Source: Blasia pusilla
Lineage: Eukaryota
Direction: 5' to 3'
DNA length: 64,000 bases
Assembly: GCA_050084515.1 (NCBI GenBank)
Contig: CM114271.1
Coordinates: 36,890,001-36,954,000 of the forward strand
The notes under the pieces were generated by a model, which worked only from the letters and a program-made list of their open reading frames with translations, did no database searches and was not told the DNA's origin. Every line of letters begins with the position of its first letter. Position 1 is the first letter of the stretch. Positions 42,330 to 55,728 of this stretch are shown here, one piece after another. Made by a program: the position numbers and the translations under genes.

Positions 42330-42487
42330 CTAGTGAGGTGCTCATGCTATGCACATTCTCTTTTAATGAGTCATGTATTTTTTTCCACGGTTAAATGGGT
42401 CATTCATGTTAAAATACATTTTTCAATGGACACATGTCAAACCAAGGGTGAACATCAAAATTACCAATCCTCCCATTAATATATAGA
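42330..42487 (-). mobile_element. Non-autonomous mini-Helitron
   Basis: Minus strand A|TCTATATATTAATGGGAGGA ... GTGCATAGCATGAGCAC CTCACTAG|T. Confidence 0.65.
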
Positions 42488-43644
42488 TAAGTTTACCATA
42501 TGAAAATGAGTGGAAGTGAATGAGGAGATAACAAAGGGTACGAATAGAGCATACAAAAAATATTTGGCCATTATGAACAAAGGCTCACATGGGGAAATGA
42601 CATGAAACGACATCTTGTCTTTTCCCTTCTATTGGTGATGGCACTCACATTATAGGTCCTCCTTCTCAAGTGGTTCGTGCTTATACCCATTTTGTGGAGT
42701 AACTCTCTTTCTTAAACCTTAAAGTCCAACCTAGTAAATGTCAAGTATAGTCTCCTTCATGCCTTCCCTCAACATTCACCCCGCCTACTCATGATTTTCC
42801 CATCTGCATTGAAGGGGTTAGGGTTCTTGGGGTCCCAATTGGCTTCATTGACTATGTCTCGAAGTTCTTGGATGAGACCCTTTAGAAAGATGTGGAATGG
42901 TTTCATTTGTTACCTCATCTAGGTGATCCCCAAGTGGCTTATGGGATTCTCTCCCAATGTTTTCTATGACGTCCTTCCTACCTTCTTCGCACTTGCCCTC
43001 CCACTCCAAGGTTCTTACATCGGTTGGCATCTTTTGATGCTTCTATTTTAGTCAACTTCTTGGGAGAGGATGGTGTCTTGGTTTCACGACAAGCTATCTT
43101 GCCTATTTCTTTTGGACTGGTGGGGCTTTCCTCCACATTCACATCTGCTATAACAACTTTTTTGGGGAGTTGGGCGTTGGTAGCATCGATTATGGCTTCA
43201 AGGTTTCTTTGAGGAGATACACCTATCTTGATGGATTATGTTGCCCATGTAGAGGAGGGGGACCTCTTATTTCAAGAACAACTTAGATCTTTTCAAGCTC
43301 TTCTTCCTCTTGCTATACAAGCAATTTTACCCCCTTTCAGTCAATTGATTACGGAAGGGCTTGATCGACTTCAAGAGCATATCTCCGAGAATTTGCACCA
43401 AATCAACTTTTCCAAAATTCTCTATGAGGCATCCTCAGACACTCATTGAGCTCGTTCCCGTTCATTTGCGGGTACAGGAGTGGGGGCGTGGCTTACTGCA
43501 AATCTCTCTTCCTTGAGGTATATTTTTGACAGCTTTGCGGTTACGCCTTGGACTTACCCATCCTTCGCTCTTAGGTGTGCCAAATTGTGTATGCGGGGAT
43601 CCCATTGATGCAAAGGGTATCCATATTCTCTGATGTGCACATAG

Positions 43645-44647
43645 TGTCGCGACCCTCATGACCAAACAAGTGCCAAGCGGAACATCGGAACATTAGCGGG
43701 CTCACGCTAAGATGGTTTGCGCGTTGGAGTTGTCTCAAAGAGGAGACAAGAGATGAGACGCGAGCGATGAGTCGCGTTTCAGGTGTTATGGTCGCGACTG
43801 AGAAACCTGGACCAAACGCGGAATGAGACTTGAAAGAAGTCGAGTCTAGGAAGTGGGTTGCCAAAAGGAAGATCCGGATTTGGAACGCCACTAGCGTTTG
43901 AGAGTTTCCGACTGTATTTACGGCCATAACTTTTAGTGCCAAGATGCGTTTGGAGCAAATAAGGGTGCGTTGGAAAGCTTATGGAGAGCCCGTCAAAACG
44001 CACCAAAGAACGCTGCAAACGCATAAGCAGCGGCCGAGATACAACCCGAAAACGACTGTAAGTGGAGTCGGGTTGAGGGCCACAATGAAGGGCCCGACCC
44101 TCTTTTCCCAAAGGGGAGGGGTTATTGGAGAACCCCAGAAGTACTAGTAAGGGGGAAGGTCTTCGAGAGTGCTTGGAACCCAAACCCCACTTTGGGCGCC
44201 GCGGGGCGGCTCAAGGGCATGGAAAGGAACGCGAGTTTGGGCGTTGGGTTGGAAAACCTGCACCAAGTCCATTGAGGCGATTTTAGACATTCCTCTTGGA
44301 TTTCACGCCGCGACTCAATTACTTGGGTCTCGGTTCGGAACTCACACGAGGACCGTTGAACAGTTGGGATCGCTAGGCGTGCAAGTGCCGTTTCAGATCC
44401 CTGGACTAACCAGGAAGTCTGTTCCAAGTCTTGAAGGACTTGCCATGTTTTGGAATCTAGGAACTAAGGAAGGTTGAGCTTGATGAGACGCCGAGTCGAG
44501 GACTCGGTGGGTTGGAACGCCGGTTGGCCCAGACCCGACTAACGAGAGTGCGTGTTTGGGTGCAGATCGGCGATGAGTTCGTGACCTAATGAACGCACGC
44601 TTCCGCAACACTAAAGATTGACGTTCAACGAGAGTAGGGGCGCGACA
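43645..44647 (+). repeat. 5' LTR
   Basis: 1003 bp, close direct repeat of 49959-50954. Confidence 0.96.
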
Positions 44648-47600
44648 AGTGGTATAAAAGCTAATCCTTGGTGAGCGAGAACTTGGGGTCGTGGGATCAG
44701 CCGGACGCTTGGGAAATTTCAAGGTAGCGGCTAGACTCGGACGCTCGAGGAGGGACGCAAGAAACGAGGAGGAGATCTGAGTGAGTTGGCTTGGAAATGG
44801 CGATCGAGGGAGAACAACCCAAGAAGCGCCGAATCAAGCGACGTGAACCAAGAGAGGAACCAATGCCGGACCGTGAAGCTATGTTGGAGACGGAAACTCC
44901 CGAAGAGCTGAACGCCAGTCGTGAGGACGTTCCAGAGGCGACTCCTTCCGTGGGGCCGGTGGGCCCAAACTTAAGGGAAAGGACGGAGTCGAGCCAGACG
45001 TTGGACTTGTTGAAGGTGTTGGTGGAGCAGATGTCCCAGCAAAGCAAGCGGATTGCAGAGTTAGAGGCCACTCGAAACCGGTGCGGGAAAAAGCTCGCAA
45101 AGACGAACACGCCCACGCCATTCACGGGAGTGGGCGCGCCATGAAAGTGAAGGATTTCCTTACGGAATCGAATCAGCCGAGGCGAGAGGGTCTGCGAGCG
45201 GAGACAAGGTGACGGTAGCCGTTACTTTCTGAAGGATCATGCTCTACAATGGTGGACAACTCAACGAGAGGAATATCGGGCGGCGAGTCACCCGAGTTGG
45301 GAGGAGTTCAAGGAGTTGATTGGAGATCGGTTCACTTCGGAGTATCAAGGGTTGCGTGACACGGTGGAATGCGTGCAGATGCGGCAGAGTGGTTCCTTAA
45401 GCGCATATGTGAGGGAGTTTAGTGCGAAACTGACTTCTAGTCCGAAGATGGATGAGCACGCGAAGAAGGCTATCTTCATTAGTGGACTCAAGCCGAGCGC
45501 TGAAAAGGCCCTTTACCGAATGCCGACGTTGCCAGAGACCTGCACGGACCTTCTGAAGCTAGCGGAGCGGATTGGGGACGATGAGGTCCAAACCCAGAAA
45601 CCCTTCGAGTCAAAAGTTTTTTCGAAGAAGTCGAAAAATAAGGAGGCGGTCAAAAGAGGCTGGAGTGGGGGGGCCAAAGACGAACCAGAGAGAGTAAATG
45701 CGACAAAGAAAACGAGTGGAACTTCATGCGAAGCGAAGGAGGACAACACTCCAAGACAGGAAACGGCAAGGTTGTATGCTACAACTGTGGCGAACCGGGG
45801 CACCTGTCGAAAGGGTGTTCGAAACCGAAGGTTAGTAATGGGAGTATGATTGCGTTTGCTGCTAAGCATCTGTTGGCGGGCGATATCGAGACGTCCCTTC
45901 AAGTCACCAAGAGGGCGACAATTTGGTGTACCTAAGATCCAAGATTGCTGATCGCGATGTGTTGTTGCTCGTGGATACTGGTGCCGCACTCCTTCCTAAG
46001 CCCGAGAATTGTGAAGGAATGGGCCGTCTACCTCTAAGGGGACGAGCCCATTCGAGTGGGATTTGGGGAGGCAAGTCTCATCGGACTTCTGATTTGGTCT
46101 TGGGTTTGTGATGAGGATGCGGGGTGTTCGAGTTGAAGGAGAATTTCATCAGATGCGAAATGGACGGCATTGACGGAGTTTTGGGGAATACATTCCTAGA
46201 TGCGTATGAGGTGGAGTTAAGACGCCGACCATTGAGGTTGAGCATCTTGCTAAAAGGCAACGGATTCAAAGTGCGGTTGGTCCGTGAAGTTCCAGCGAAG
46301 ATGGAGTTGGTGAACTCGATCACAAGGAGGAGCATGACTGAGTTGGAGGATGGATTTCTATGCTTGATGAGACAAGTGGAGGAGGCTACAAGAAGTATAC
46401 GTAGAGATCAGGACGCTGTTTCAAGGGGAATCCCAGAACCACTCTAGGAAGTGGTCAAGGAGTTTGAGGATGTCTTGACAAATGAGCTTCCGACTGAATT
46501 GCCGCCGCATAGAGCCGTAGATCATAAGATAGAGATCATACCCGGTTCCCAACCGCCTTCAAAAGCACAATATAGGTTGAATCAAGAGGAACTTCTTGAG
46601 TTGAAAAGCAGTTAGGTGTGCTCTTGGAAAAGGGTTACATTAGGACTAGCAAGTCACCTTATGGAGCACCTGTTCTCTTTGTAAAGAAGAAGGACGGAAA
46701 GATGAGGTTGTGTGTTGATTACCGTGCACTTTGAACAAAGTGACGGTTCGGAACAATTATCCTCTTCCAAGGATAGATGATCTCTTTGATAGGGTGGCGG
46801 CGTGAGATATTTCAGTAGGATTGACTTGAAGTCGAGGATATTACGATTCGGATTGCCGAGGCGGATGTGGAGAAGGCTGCGTGCGAGGATGAGATCGATT
46901 CCTTTGAGTTTGTAGTGATGCCTTTCGGTCTATGTAACGCACCTCCGCGTTCACCACATTGATGAACTCCATTTTTCAAGGAAATGGATGAGTATGTTAT
47001 CATCTATATTGATGACATACTTATCTATTCAAGTCACTAGAGAGCACGTTCGACATGTGAGAGCGGTTTTTGTCGAAGCTAAGGGCAAATCATTTGTATG
47101 CGAATGTAGAGAAGAGCGAATTTGGTTTGAGTAAGATCAAATTCTTGGGTCACATGGTCGGTCTGAGATGGCGTCAGTCGGACATGGAAAAGGTAAAGGC
47201 AATTTCAGTGGGAACCCCATCCATTGTAAAGGGATGAGGAGGTTCATAGGTGCGGTGCAATTTTATCGTACTTATGTGAAAAACTTTTTGGGAATTGTGA
47301 GACCTCTCACGGATTGGACGGCAAAGTTTGCCAACACAACTTGGACCCAGGAAGTTAATGAGGCATTCAACCGAGTGAAGTAGATTCTATCGCAGGAACG
47401 GTGTTAAAGTGCCGAGTTTGACAAACCGTTCAAGTGCATACCGATGCTAGTGATTTCGCGGTTGCGGAATGTTGGTGCAAGAAGGGAGACCGGTGGCATA
47501 TGAGAGCAAGAAGCTTAGCGACACTAAAAGGAGATGGCCTACTCATGAGAAAGAGTTGTTCGCGGTGGTACATTGCTTGAGGAAGTGGCGGCATTATCTA

Positions 47601-49958
47601 GGGCTCCACAGGACTCGAGTATTCACCGATAATATATCACTCAAGTATTTTGAGACCGAGATTGAGTGACACGAAACAATTGCGGTGGCATGATACCTTG
47701 GCGCGATGGATGTAGAGTTGATCCACAAGCCAGGTAAAGATAATGTGATTCCGGATCGTTAAGTCGCAAGGAGGAACACATGCCATCGACGACAGTCTTG
47801 AGAGCAATGTTCCCTAAGGAAACAGTCGGAGAGAAGGATTCGTGAAGGATATATGAAGGATGCTCAAGCGAGGGAATACGAGGAAGTTGAAGCGAGGGTG
47901 AGAAGGTGGCCAACATAAGTTTGAGGCACGGTTTACTAAGGTTCAAGCAGTAGGATCTATGTAGGGCAAGGCGGAATCGAACCAAGGTGTTAGCGGAATG
48001 TCACGACGGGCCCTTGGCGGGACATAAAGGAGAGAAATCTCGCTAGCTGTTGCACGTCGAAGCGGTTCTTTTGGCCCAACATGAAGGAGGATGTTGCTCA
48101 ATATGTGAAGACTGTGTGACTGCCAAGCGAATAGAGTCTCTTATGATAAGAAATAGGGCTTCTTTGCATCCCTTGCCGATCCCCGAAGGACCCTTGCAAA
48201 GTGTGAGTATGGATTTCATCACGAGTCTTCGGAATCAGGGGATACAACGCTATACTTGTGATTGTTGATCGGTTTAGCAAGTTGGCGAGATTCGTGCCGA
48301 CGGTGGATTCGTAACGGCGTATCTGACGGCGCAACTATTCTTCGATAGCTGGTGGCGTGCTCATGGTTTGCCGAGAGCATTGTTTCAGATCGGGATCCAA
48401 AGTTTACGGTGCTTTCGGAAGCACTTGTTGAGAAAGGTTTAAGACCAAGCTGAGTTTCAATACGGCTTTCCACCCACAAACGGATGGACAGATGAAAGGT
48501 AAACTCAATCGTGAATCAAGATTTGAGGAATTATGTCAGTCTTTGATCAACGTGATTGGGTCGATGGTGAGCATGGCGGAATAATGCTACAACTTCGACC
48601 AAGCATTGCAGAATCGAGAATCTCCGTTTCTCTTGGCAAATGGACGAGAGCGAAGGGCCTCTTGATCTAGCCCTTTCGAAGGGTACTACATTGTACGAAC
48701 ACGACAAGCGGCGGTAGAAGGTTTGTTGGTAGAGATGCGAGAACAAGAAGAGCGTGCTAGGCGAAGTCTTGCAAAGGCTCAAATGAGGAATGCGTTAAGC
48801 ATGCTAACAAGAGTCGGCGCCAAGTGCACGATTCCAAGTTGGAGAACAAGTGTGGTTGAGTGTAAAGAATCTCACTCTTCCGAAAAGAGTTGTCTCATGT
48901 TGTCTCGCCAAGTATGTTGGACCGTATGTGATTGTGGCAAACCCGTTTGAGGATGTGTATATACGTTGAGGTCGCTGCCAGACGAGTTCAAGATTCACCC
49001 GACCTTTCATGTGTCATTGTTGAAGAAATATCTTCAAGATAATGGGCGTTCGGCGGAGAGCAGTGGTGAGACCGCACCCGGTCATCGTAAATGAAGAGCC
49101 AAAGTTTGAGGTGGAGACCATCTTACGTTCGAGGCGTCGGGCCAACAAGTATGAATACTTGGTAAAATGGAAGGGCTACCATGTGAAGGAGGCGACTTGG
49201 ATTGCGGAGGCGGATTTGGAACACGCGTAAGAGTTGTTGCGTGACTTCAAGCGAACACAAGCGAAGCACATACGTTAGTACGAGGAGAAGCTAGAGACAT
49301 GACTTGTAATCAGTGGAATCTTGGGCCAAAGGCCGTTGTAACTAGAATATGCTAGTGTTGCAATAAAGGAGTGTATGGATTTGGAGATTCGATACCAGTG
49401 TTGATTGCAATTTGTATGTGGTAGTGCATGGCTATGAGTCGTTCATCATAGACTTAGAATGTACGACAAGAGGACATACAAGGAGTATTTGAGGTGAGAG
49501 CTCGTATGTGGATAAGCACCTAGAACAGGACCTTGTGTTGGATTACACTCGGGCTCGCCCTAGCGTCAGCGGGGCAGATGAAGTCTGTCTTGGGGCTTGG
49601 GATGATCTTACTTGTGGCCACATAAGTAAACTTAGTGACGCGCCTAAGTGAGAGCGACCCAATAGTAGTCGATTTGTGGACCAGGTAACAGGTGTGATGT
49701 TTGATGAATGAATCAAAAGAGTCTAAGGTTGCACACTTAGTTGGCTTATTTGATAGGTTAGTTCCTTGGAACTAGTCCAGGCTTATCGAAGATGAGAGGC
49801 TAATAATTCTAAGTGGGGCAAAGCGACAACTAGAGACTAAGAGGAATTGCGGGTTAGCCACGTAACGCAATTCAATGTCAAGGGGTAGGCTGCCAGGAGA
49901 CTTGACATAATAAAGGTTTGCGTTGATGAGGGCATCAACCTCTAAAAAGAGGGGTGAT

Positions 49959-50954
49959 TGTCGCGACCCTCATGACCAAACAAGTGCCAAGCGGAACATC
50001 GAACATTAGCGGGCTCACGCTAAGATGGTTTTGCGTTGGAGTTGTCTCAAAGAGGAGACAAAGAGATGAGACGCGAGCGATGAGTCGCGTTTCAGGTGTT
50101 ATGGTCGCGACTGAGAAACCTGGACCAAACGCGGAATGAGACTTGAAAGAAGTCGAGTCTAGGAAGTGGGTTGCCAAAAGGAAGATCCGGATTTGGAACG
50201 CCACTAGCGTTTGAGAGTTTCCGACTGTATTTATGGCCATAACTTTTAGTGCCAAGATGCGTTTGGAGCAAATAAGGGTGCGTTGGAAAGCTTATGGAGA
50301 GCCCGTCAAAACGCACCAAAGAACGCTGCAAATGCATAAGCAGCGGCCGAGATACAACCCGAAAACGACTGTAAGTGGAGTCGGGTTGAGGGCCACAATG
50401 AAGGGCCCGACCCTCTTTTCCCAAAGGGGAGGGGTTATTGGAGAACCCCAGAAGTACTAGTAAGGGGGAAGGTCTCCGAGAGTGCTTGGAACCCAAACCC
50501 CACTTTGGGCGCCGCGGGGCGGCTCAAGGGCATGGAAAGGAACGCGAGTTTGGGCGTTGGGTTGGAAAACCTGCACCAAGTCCATTGAGGCGATTTTTGA
50601 CATTCCTCTTGGATTTCACGTCGCGACTCAATTACTTGGGTCTCGGTTCGAACTCACACGAGGACCGTTGAGCGATTGGGATCGCTAGGCGTGCAAGTGC
50701 CGTTTCAGATCCTGGACTAACCAGAAGTGTTCCAAGTCTTGAAGGACTTGCCATGTTTTGGAATCTAGGAACTAAGGAAGGTTGAGCTTGATGAGACGCC
50801 GAGTCGAGGACTCGGTGGGTTGAACGCCGGTTGGCCTGCACCCGACTAACGAGAGTGCGTGTTTGGGTGCAGATCGGCGATGAGTTCGTGACCTACTGAA
50901 CGCACGCTTCCGCAACACTAAAGATTGACGTTCAACGAGAGTAGGGGCGCGACA
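49959..50954 (+). repeat. 3' LTR
   Basis: 996 bp, preceded by the polypurine tract and followed by CATAG. Confidence 0.96.
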
Positions 50955-52881
50955 CATAGGGAGAACACGACCACACATGATGTCATTAGAGAGGCGATAG
51001 CATCGGTGGCTTGTACTGCAGGGTACATTGATGGGCAAAGCAGCTCCATGTCCTACCTTCAACCACACAAGCAACCTCTCGTGGGAGAGTTGATCTTGTT
51101 ATGTCTCGAGGTGGATTCTAGACACTAGATGATGTGGTGATTGCTGATCCAACACGTTCTGACTCTCGGTGTGTCGAGCTGCACATAGCAAAGGTTCGGC
51201 GGCCGAAGCAGCAACAAGAATCAATGAGTTCAGTTATGCTGCAAGACATGCGACAGATAGATTTATTGCTTTTGCAGTGGAAGTATTCGATCATTTACAC
51301 GTGCCTTTTGATACTTTTCTGAAAACATGTGCTTACCGCTCCCTCGAGAATGATCACCTTGCCCCTTCTTGTAGTCCTTCTCTCTTTGTAGTTCCTACTT
51401 ATTTTCGGCAATGCATATCAATGGGCTTACTACGTGCACAAGCCTTGGCAGTGATACGTTGTGCGGAGGTGATACGGAATCACTCACCTCCTCGTCCATT
51501 CGCGTCTAAATAACCACTAATGTGCTAGTTAGATCCGTTTCAGGCTATCCATGAGACTATCTATCACCACATAGATTTGTTTCAGCCTAACCACGAGACT
51601 ATCTATCACCACATAAAGGATTATGGACACTCCACTATTCATAAATGGCCAAACAAGACAACCCAAACTTTTTTGCGAACGATTTAGATCTGCTTTTCGT
51701 GCAGTGGTCGACCCCCTCCGACCGAACGAATGCCACAAGAACAGTTAACCATCTCCGACTCGTCCAAAGTGTCAGGGAAAAGTACCGGCCCGGGATCCAC
51801 CGTTTCTTTATCAAAACTGGAGAAAAACCGGTGAGACTTTATGGTTTCTTGGCGGGCCAGTGAACCGCAAAAAGAACCGGTTTTGGCAGGCAATCTATGC
51901 GGGCACAGGGGCAGATCGAGTCGAAATCTCGAGATGAAACCCCACGGCCCCGGGAATGCGTTAGATGCGGGCAGTAAAGGGCCCGCTACAACATTCGGTG
52001 GAAGGGACGATAGAAGAACATTTCCGGGCGTACCGGGCTACTATTTTCTTTTCTTGTAGATGGATAGATTCAGAGTGACCTCCTGCTGGAACACTGTTGG
52101 CTGATTGGGCAATCACTCGCGACGGGGAATATCGGCAAAGTAAAGGCGCACCGGACTCTGCCGACTCGTGACGTCTGTCTGGACTCCAGTTGGATGTGGG
52201 ACGGAAGAGAACGGACGTTCGGATGGTTTCTGTCGGCTCCCACGGTTTCACATGGCTTTTTACGAGATCCGTCGGAGCCACGGAAGTACAGCGGGGACTC
52301 ACTCCGTGGTCGCGAAACTCAGAGCGCAGGCCTTGGAAGTCGTGACTGACGGTACCACTCGCAACTGCAGCGCCACGTGGTCGAATGGAATTCGCCGGAA
52401 AGTTTTCCCTAGAGACAAAATTTACCCCGGCTGTCGCCTGTAGCAGGTCGGAAGTTCAGAACTTATCCGGAGCGCGAAACGCCAAACACGCGTTTGTACA
52501 CACGCTCGCGGGCGATCGTCACGCTCGCGAGTCGCGACAATACTACAGTTCCCATCATTGTCCTGTATTCACATCGCGGGCTGGCGTAGGATCGCGGGCT
52601 GAATCGACTGAGCGTAGTCTGGGATTGTGGATTCCACGTGGTTTTCAGACCTGGGGTGGCGTCCTGGACTGTAGGGTTTAATGAGATCAGTAGTAGTCAG
52701 TTCCATGACAGAAAGAACTAACTCCTTCTCATTCCTTCCGTCCCTTTTTCTTGCATCGACCGCTTCCTGCCAGTTTCCCGCCCCATCCGTGAGCAGTATG
52801 CGCAGATCTACCCCGTATACGCCTACGTCATTGCCGGTGGCCGGTACTGTTGCGATGGAAGACTTTTTTCTTGAATTCTTA

Positions 52882-53206
52882 GGGGCCCATTCCATGTGCA
52901 CGGGAAATTGGTGACGATAGAGCGTGCTTGATTTCCCTGCGCCCAAAACTTTTGGTTGCGAAATTCATCCAACTCCCCGCTACCCATTTAATTGAAATCC
53001 GTTAGAAATTGTTTGAAACCGGTGGATTTTTCCGTGTTGAACTGTTGGATAAAATTTTTGGACTCAGAACCCGCTGCCCATTTAATTGAAATCTGTTAGA
53101 AACTGATTGAAACCGGTGGATTTTTCCGTGTTGAACCGTTGGATAAAATTTTTGGACTCAGAAATGGGTTCCCGCGACGTACGAGCGTGCCCATAAAATC
53201 GGGCCC
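52882..53206. mobile_element. Tourist-like (PIF/Harbinger) MITE with an internal 94-bp tandem duplication
   Basis: TTA|GGGGCCCATTCCATGTGCAC ... GTGCCCATAAAATCGGGCCC|TTA (15 of 20 inverted-repeat match). Repeat units 52976-53069 and 53070-53163. Confidence 0.7.
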
Positions 53207-53227
53207 TTAGCATTCTTTCGGAACTTA

Positions 53228-53460
53228 GGGCCTCATCCCATGGATGCGTGTAGGGTCGCGGCTACCCTCATTTTCGCGACCAAAATAAGTTACCATTGAA
53301 TAATAGAGATAGGCACATCGGTCTTTATTAACTAATTCCGGCTATAGGCAGGTCCGGGTTGCGAGGACGTTGGATCATTTATGCGCCCAAAAGTTTTGGG
53401 CGCACAAAATTTTGCGACCCTCTAAGGTCTCCGCGACCGGAATCGCATGGAATAAGGCCC
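53228..53460. mobile_element. Tourist-like (PIF/Harbinger) MITE
   Basis: TTA|GGGCCTCATCCCATG ... CATGGAATAAGGCCC|TTA (13 of 15 inverted-repeat match). Confidence 0.75.
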
Positions 53461-55728
53461 TTAAGCGTTTTCCTTTCCGAAAGTTGCCCTGAATAATGAA
53501 TGAATGAACCATCTATGATATCCTCTCCGAATTCAACGGGGCATCTCAAAGTAGAGCTAAGTGTGACAATTGTGTTACTGTGAGCCAAATGGGACGTCTC
53601 AAAATAGGGTTTAGAGGTATGAGAGTTTTGTAGTAGTAATAGTTCCCATGCCGTTTGTAATTGATCTTAACTAGTAGGGCTCCTGCTCAGGTAACTTAGG
53701 TGACACGTGTATTGGTGGTAAACAAGAATGCGGCCCTCTAGTGGCATGAATAACTGGTCACATCTGTTGTGAAGAGAAATGCGACCATCACGGGATGCTC
53801 GGGTGCGACGGTGTGGGGCCACGCCTTAGGACGTGGTTATGATTTAAATTCATGAGTAAAGTCTTAGTTAATTTCATATTTATGTACAGCGAGCAAGTAG
53901 ATTACTTCAACATGAAAAAGAGAATGTGTTAGTGTAAAGTTCAACGAAAACAAGAAGGTAACAAAAATGGACGAGCATATTGCGTGAGATACTTGACGGT
54001 GCATGTTGTAGTACATACCACGATGTTCATTTTACACTGCTTAGGGTAGTGCTGATTAGAAAAGCTTTGTTGTTGATTTCACTTGTTGAAGTGACAAATT
54101 ACCAGAGGGCGCATCACTATTTTTCAGTTGCGACGTAATACACTCAATATAATGTGTCAAAGGTGGAACACCATAGAATATTGAGTATGTAATGGCTCAT
54201 TTTGAGATGCACCAGATTGCGCCACACCGTTTAAAGACTCCATATTTTGTGGGGCCATCTACTTGCTTGGCTAGGGTAGAGTGGCAAGCAAATTGAAGGG
54301 TAGGTAAATCGCGAGCATGAAACTTAGAGGCTGATACCTACACATTCGAGTAAATGGATATTGGGGAATACGACAAGGCAACTCTATCCAACTTTTCAAT
54401 TCGGTAACTGAGTCAGCACACAACGAGCTCAGATGTGTTGGTTTCTTAGAGTTCTCTACTCCCCATGATATCTTTTGAGAAGCCAACAACATCGTCTTGC
54501 ACTGCTTTTTTGTCGACTATATCGACCTGCACTACTACATAAATCCGCTGTTGCTTGAACATTACTCCATTTCCCTCTTAGAAAAACCAGCGTCTTAGTG
54601 TACTCTCTAAATCCCTACATTCCCTCCTCAAGATGTGAAAGAGATCCCTTATCGTCCTCAGCATCTACTCTCTCTCTGTGTGGTTGGCTATATCTCTCCA
54701 TTTTTCCTTAACATAGGGGTGGGTTGCATTGCAACTCCCATAGGTTCAATTACATAGTTACCACTACTAACAGTAAGTCTATTGGTGTCGATATCCCCAA
54801 TTTTGATAGTCTCTTGGCAGCCAACTTTCTACTCCCCATGCACATGCCCTCGATCTATGCTTCTTGCTAAGCACCCACCAGGATGCTATTACCCAAATTT
54901 TCCGACATACAATCGGAAAGAGAGCTATTATAGGGCACCAAACCTAGACATTAACTCATTTGTCACAAACGAGCAGTCCCCTATCTCCTCAAATGGTAGT
55001 GAAATTCTCGCAAATTCTGTTCTAGACATGTAACCTCAATTTAGAGCAGGGGTATAGGTAATCCTAGTTGAGACGCAAAGCCTTGCCCACTAATTATTGG
55101 CAGGCTGCACGAAACTGGACCCAAACTAGTTCGGATCAACTTTTGAACAAATTCTTGAGGCATAAGCGCATCCAACCGTCATAGGGATGCACCAATTACA
55201 CACGCTATTCTTCAATGAAGGATGCGTTGGGCACAATGTAAAATTGGAGAGTAGCCAACATCATTGCTCCTCTCATCCTTGCCTTGCCTTCCATCATCGA
55301 CTAAAAGTGTGGGTCCTCCCTCTTGAAACCCATGTTCATGGACATGTCTAGACGTGTCCATCCATGTCCGTCCTAAGGAAGAACTTGTCAATTTTTGTGC
55401 AACCATGGTATCAAGTAGAGAGGTGTTCGCAAATCAAGAAGGCAATCTCCCATAATAATATAGATTAGGGTTCATAAAATGCCCTATTGATGCATAAGAC
55501 TTTCTTGTGCAAATAGAGAATATAAATCATCATACAATAAGTAAATTCAGTTGGAAGAAAGTACTTTGCGAGAAAATGAAGAATCCAATGCATACATGGA
55601 TCAATTGGAATTGATCCACGCTGACTACAAATTTTCTAGCATAAGATCCTGTTGAGGCTGTGCATATTCCAAGGAGGGGATTGCAGGTAGGTTTCATTGA
55701 AGGATTTGTGCAAAATACCAAATGGTAA

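Larger units (their letters stand above)
43645..50954 (+). mobile_element. Full-length Ty3/gypsy chromovirus LTR retrotransposon (7310 bp, possibly Tcn1-like), reading frames disrupted
   Basis: LTRs 43645-44647 and 49959-50954 with TGTCGCG..CGCGACA termini. Target-site duplication CATAG at 43640-43644 and 50955-50959. Primer-binding-like TGGTATAAAAGC at 44650 (2 mismatches to the iMet type). Polypurine tract AAAAAGAGGGG at 49944. Gag knuckle CYNCGEPGHLSKGC, protease LLVDTGA, RT YIDD near 47005, RNase H PVAYESKKL...EKELFAVV, integrase SVSMDFI, chromodomain FEVETIL...EYLVKWKGY...ATW. Confidence 0.96.
42625..51513 (+). mobile_element. Degenerate 5'-truncated CRE-like non-LTR retrotransposon, split by the chromovirus (parts about 42625-43644 and 50955-51513)
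   Basis: RT remnants (FPSIGDGTHIIG, GVRVLGVPIG, GDPQVAYG). Zinc knuckle CVCGDPIDAKGIHIL*CAH continues across the insertion into THDVIREAIAS. Restriction-like endonuclease region DVVIADPTR, FIAFAVEVF, YFRQCISMGLLRAQA. Colinear with the element at 59643-63100. Confidence 0.8.
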
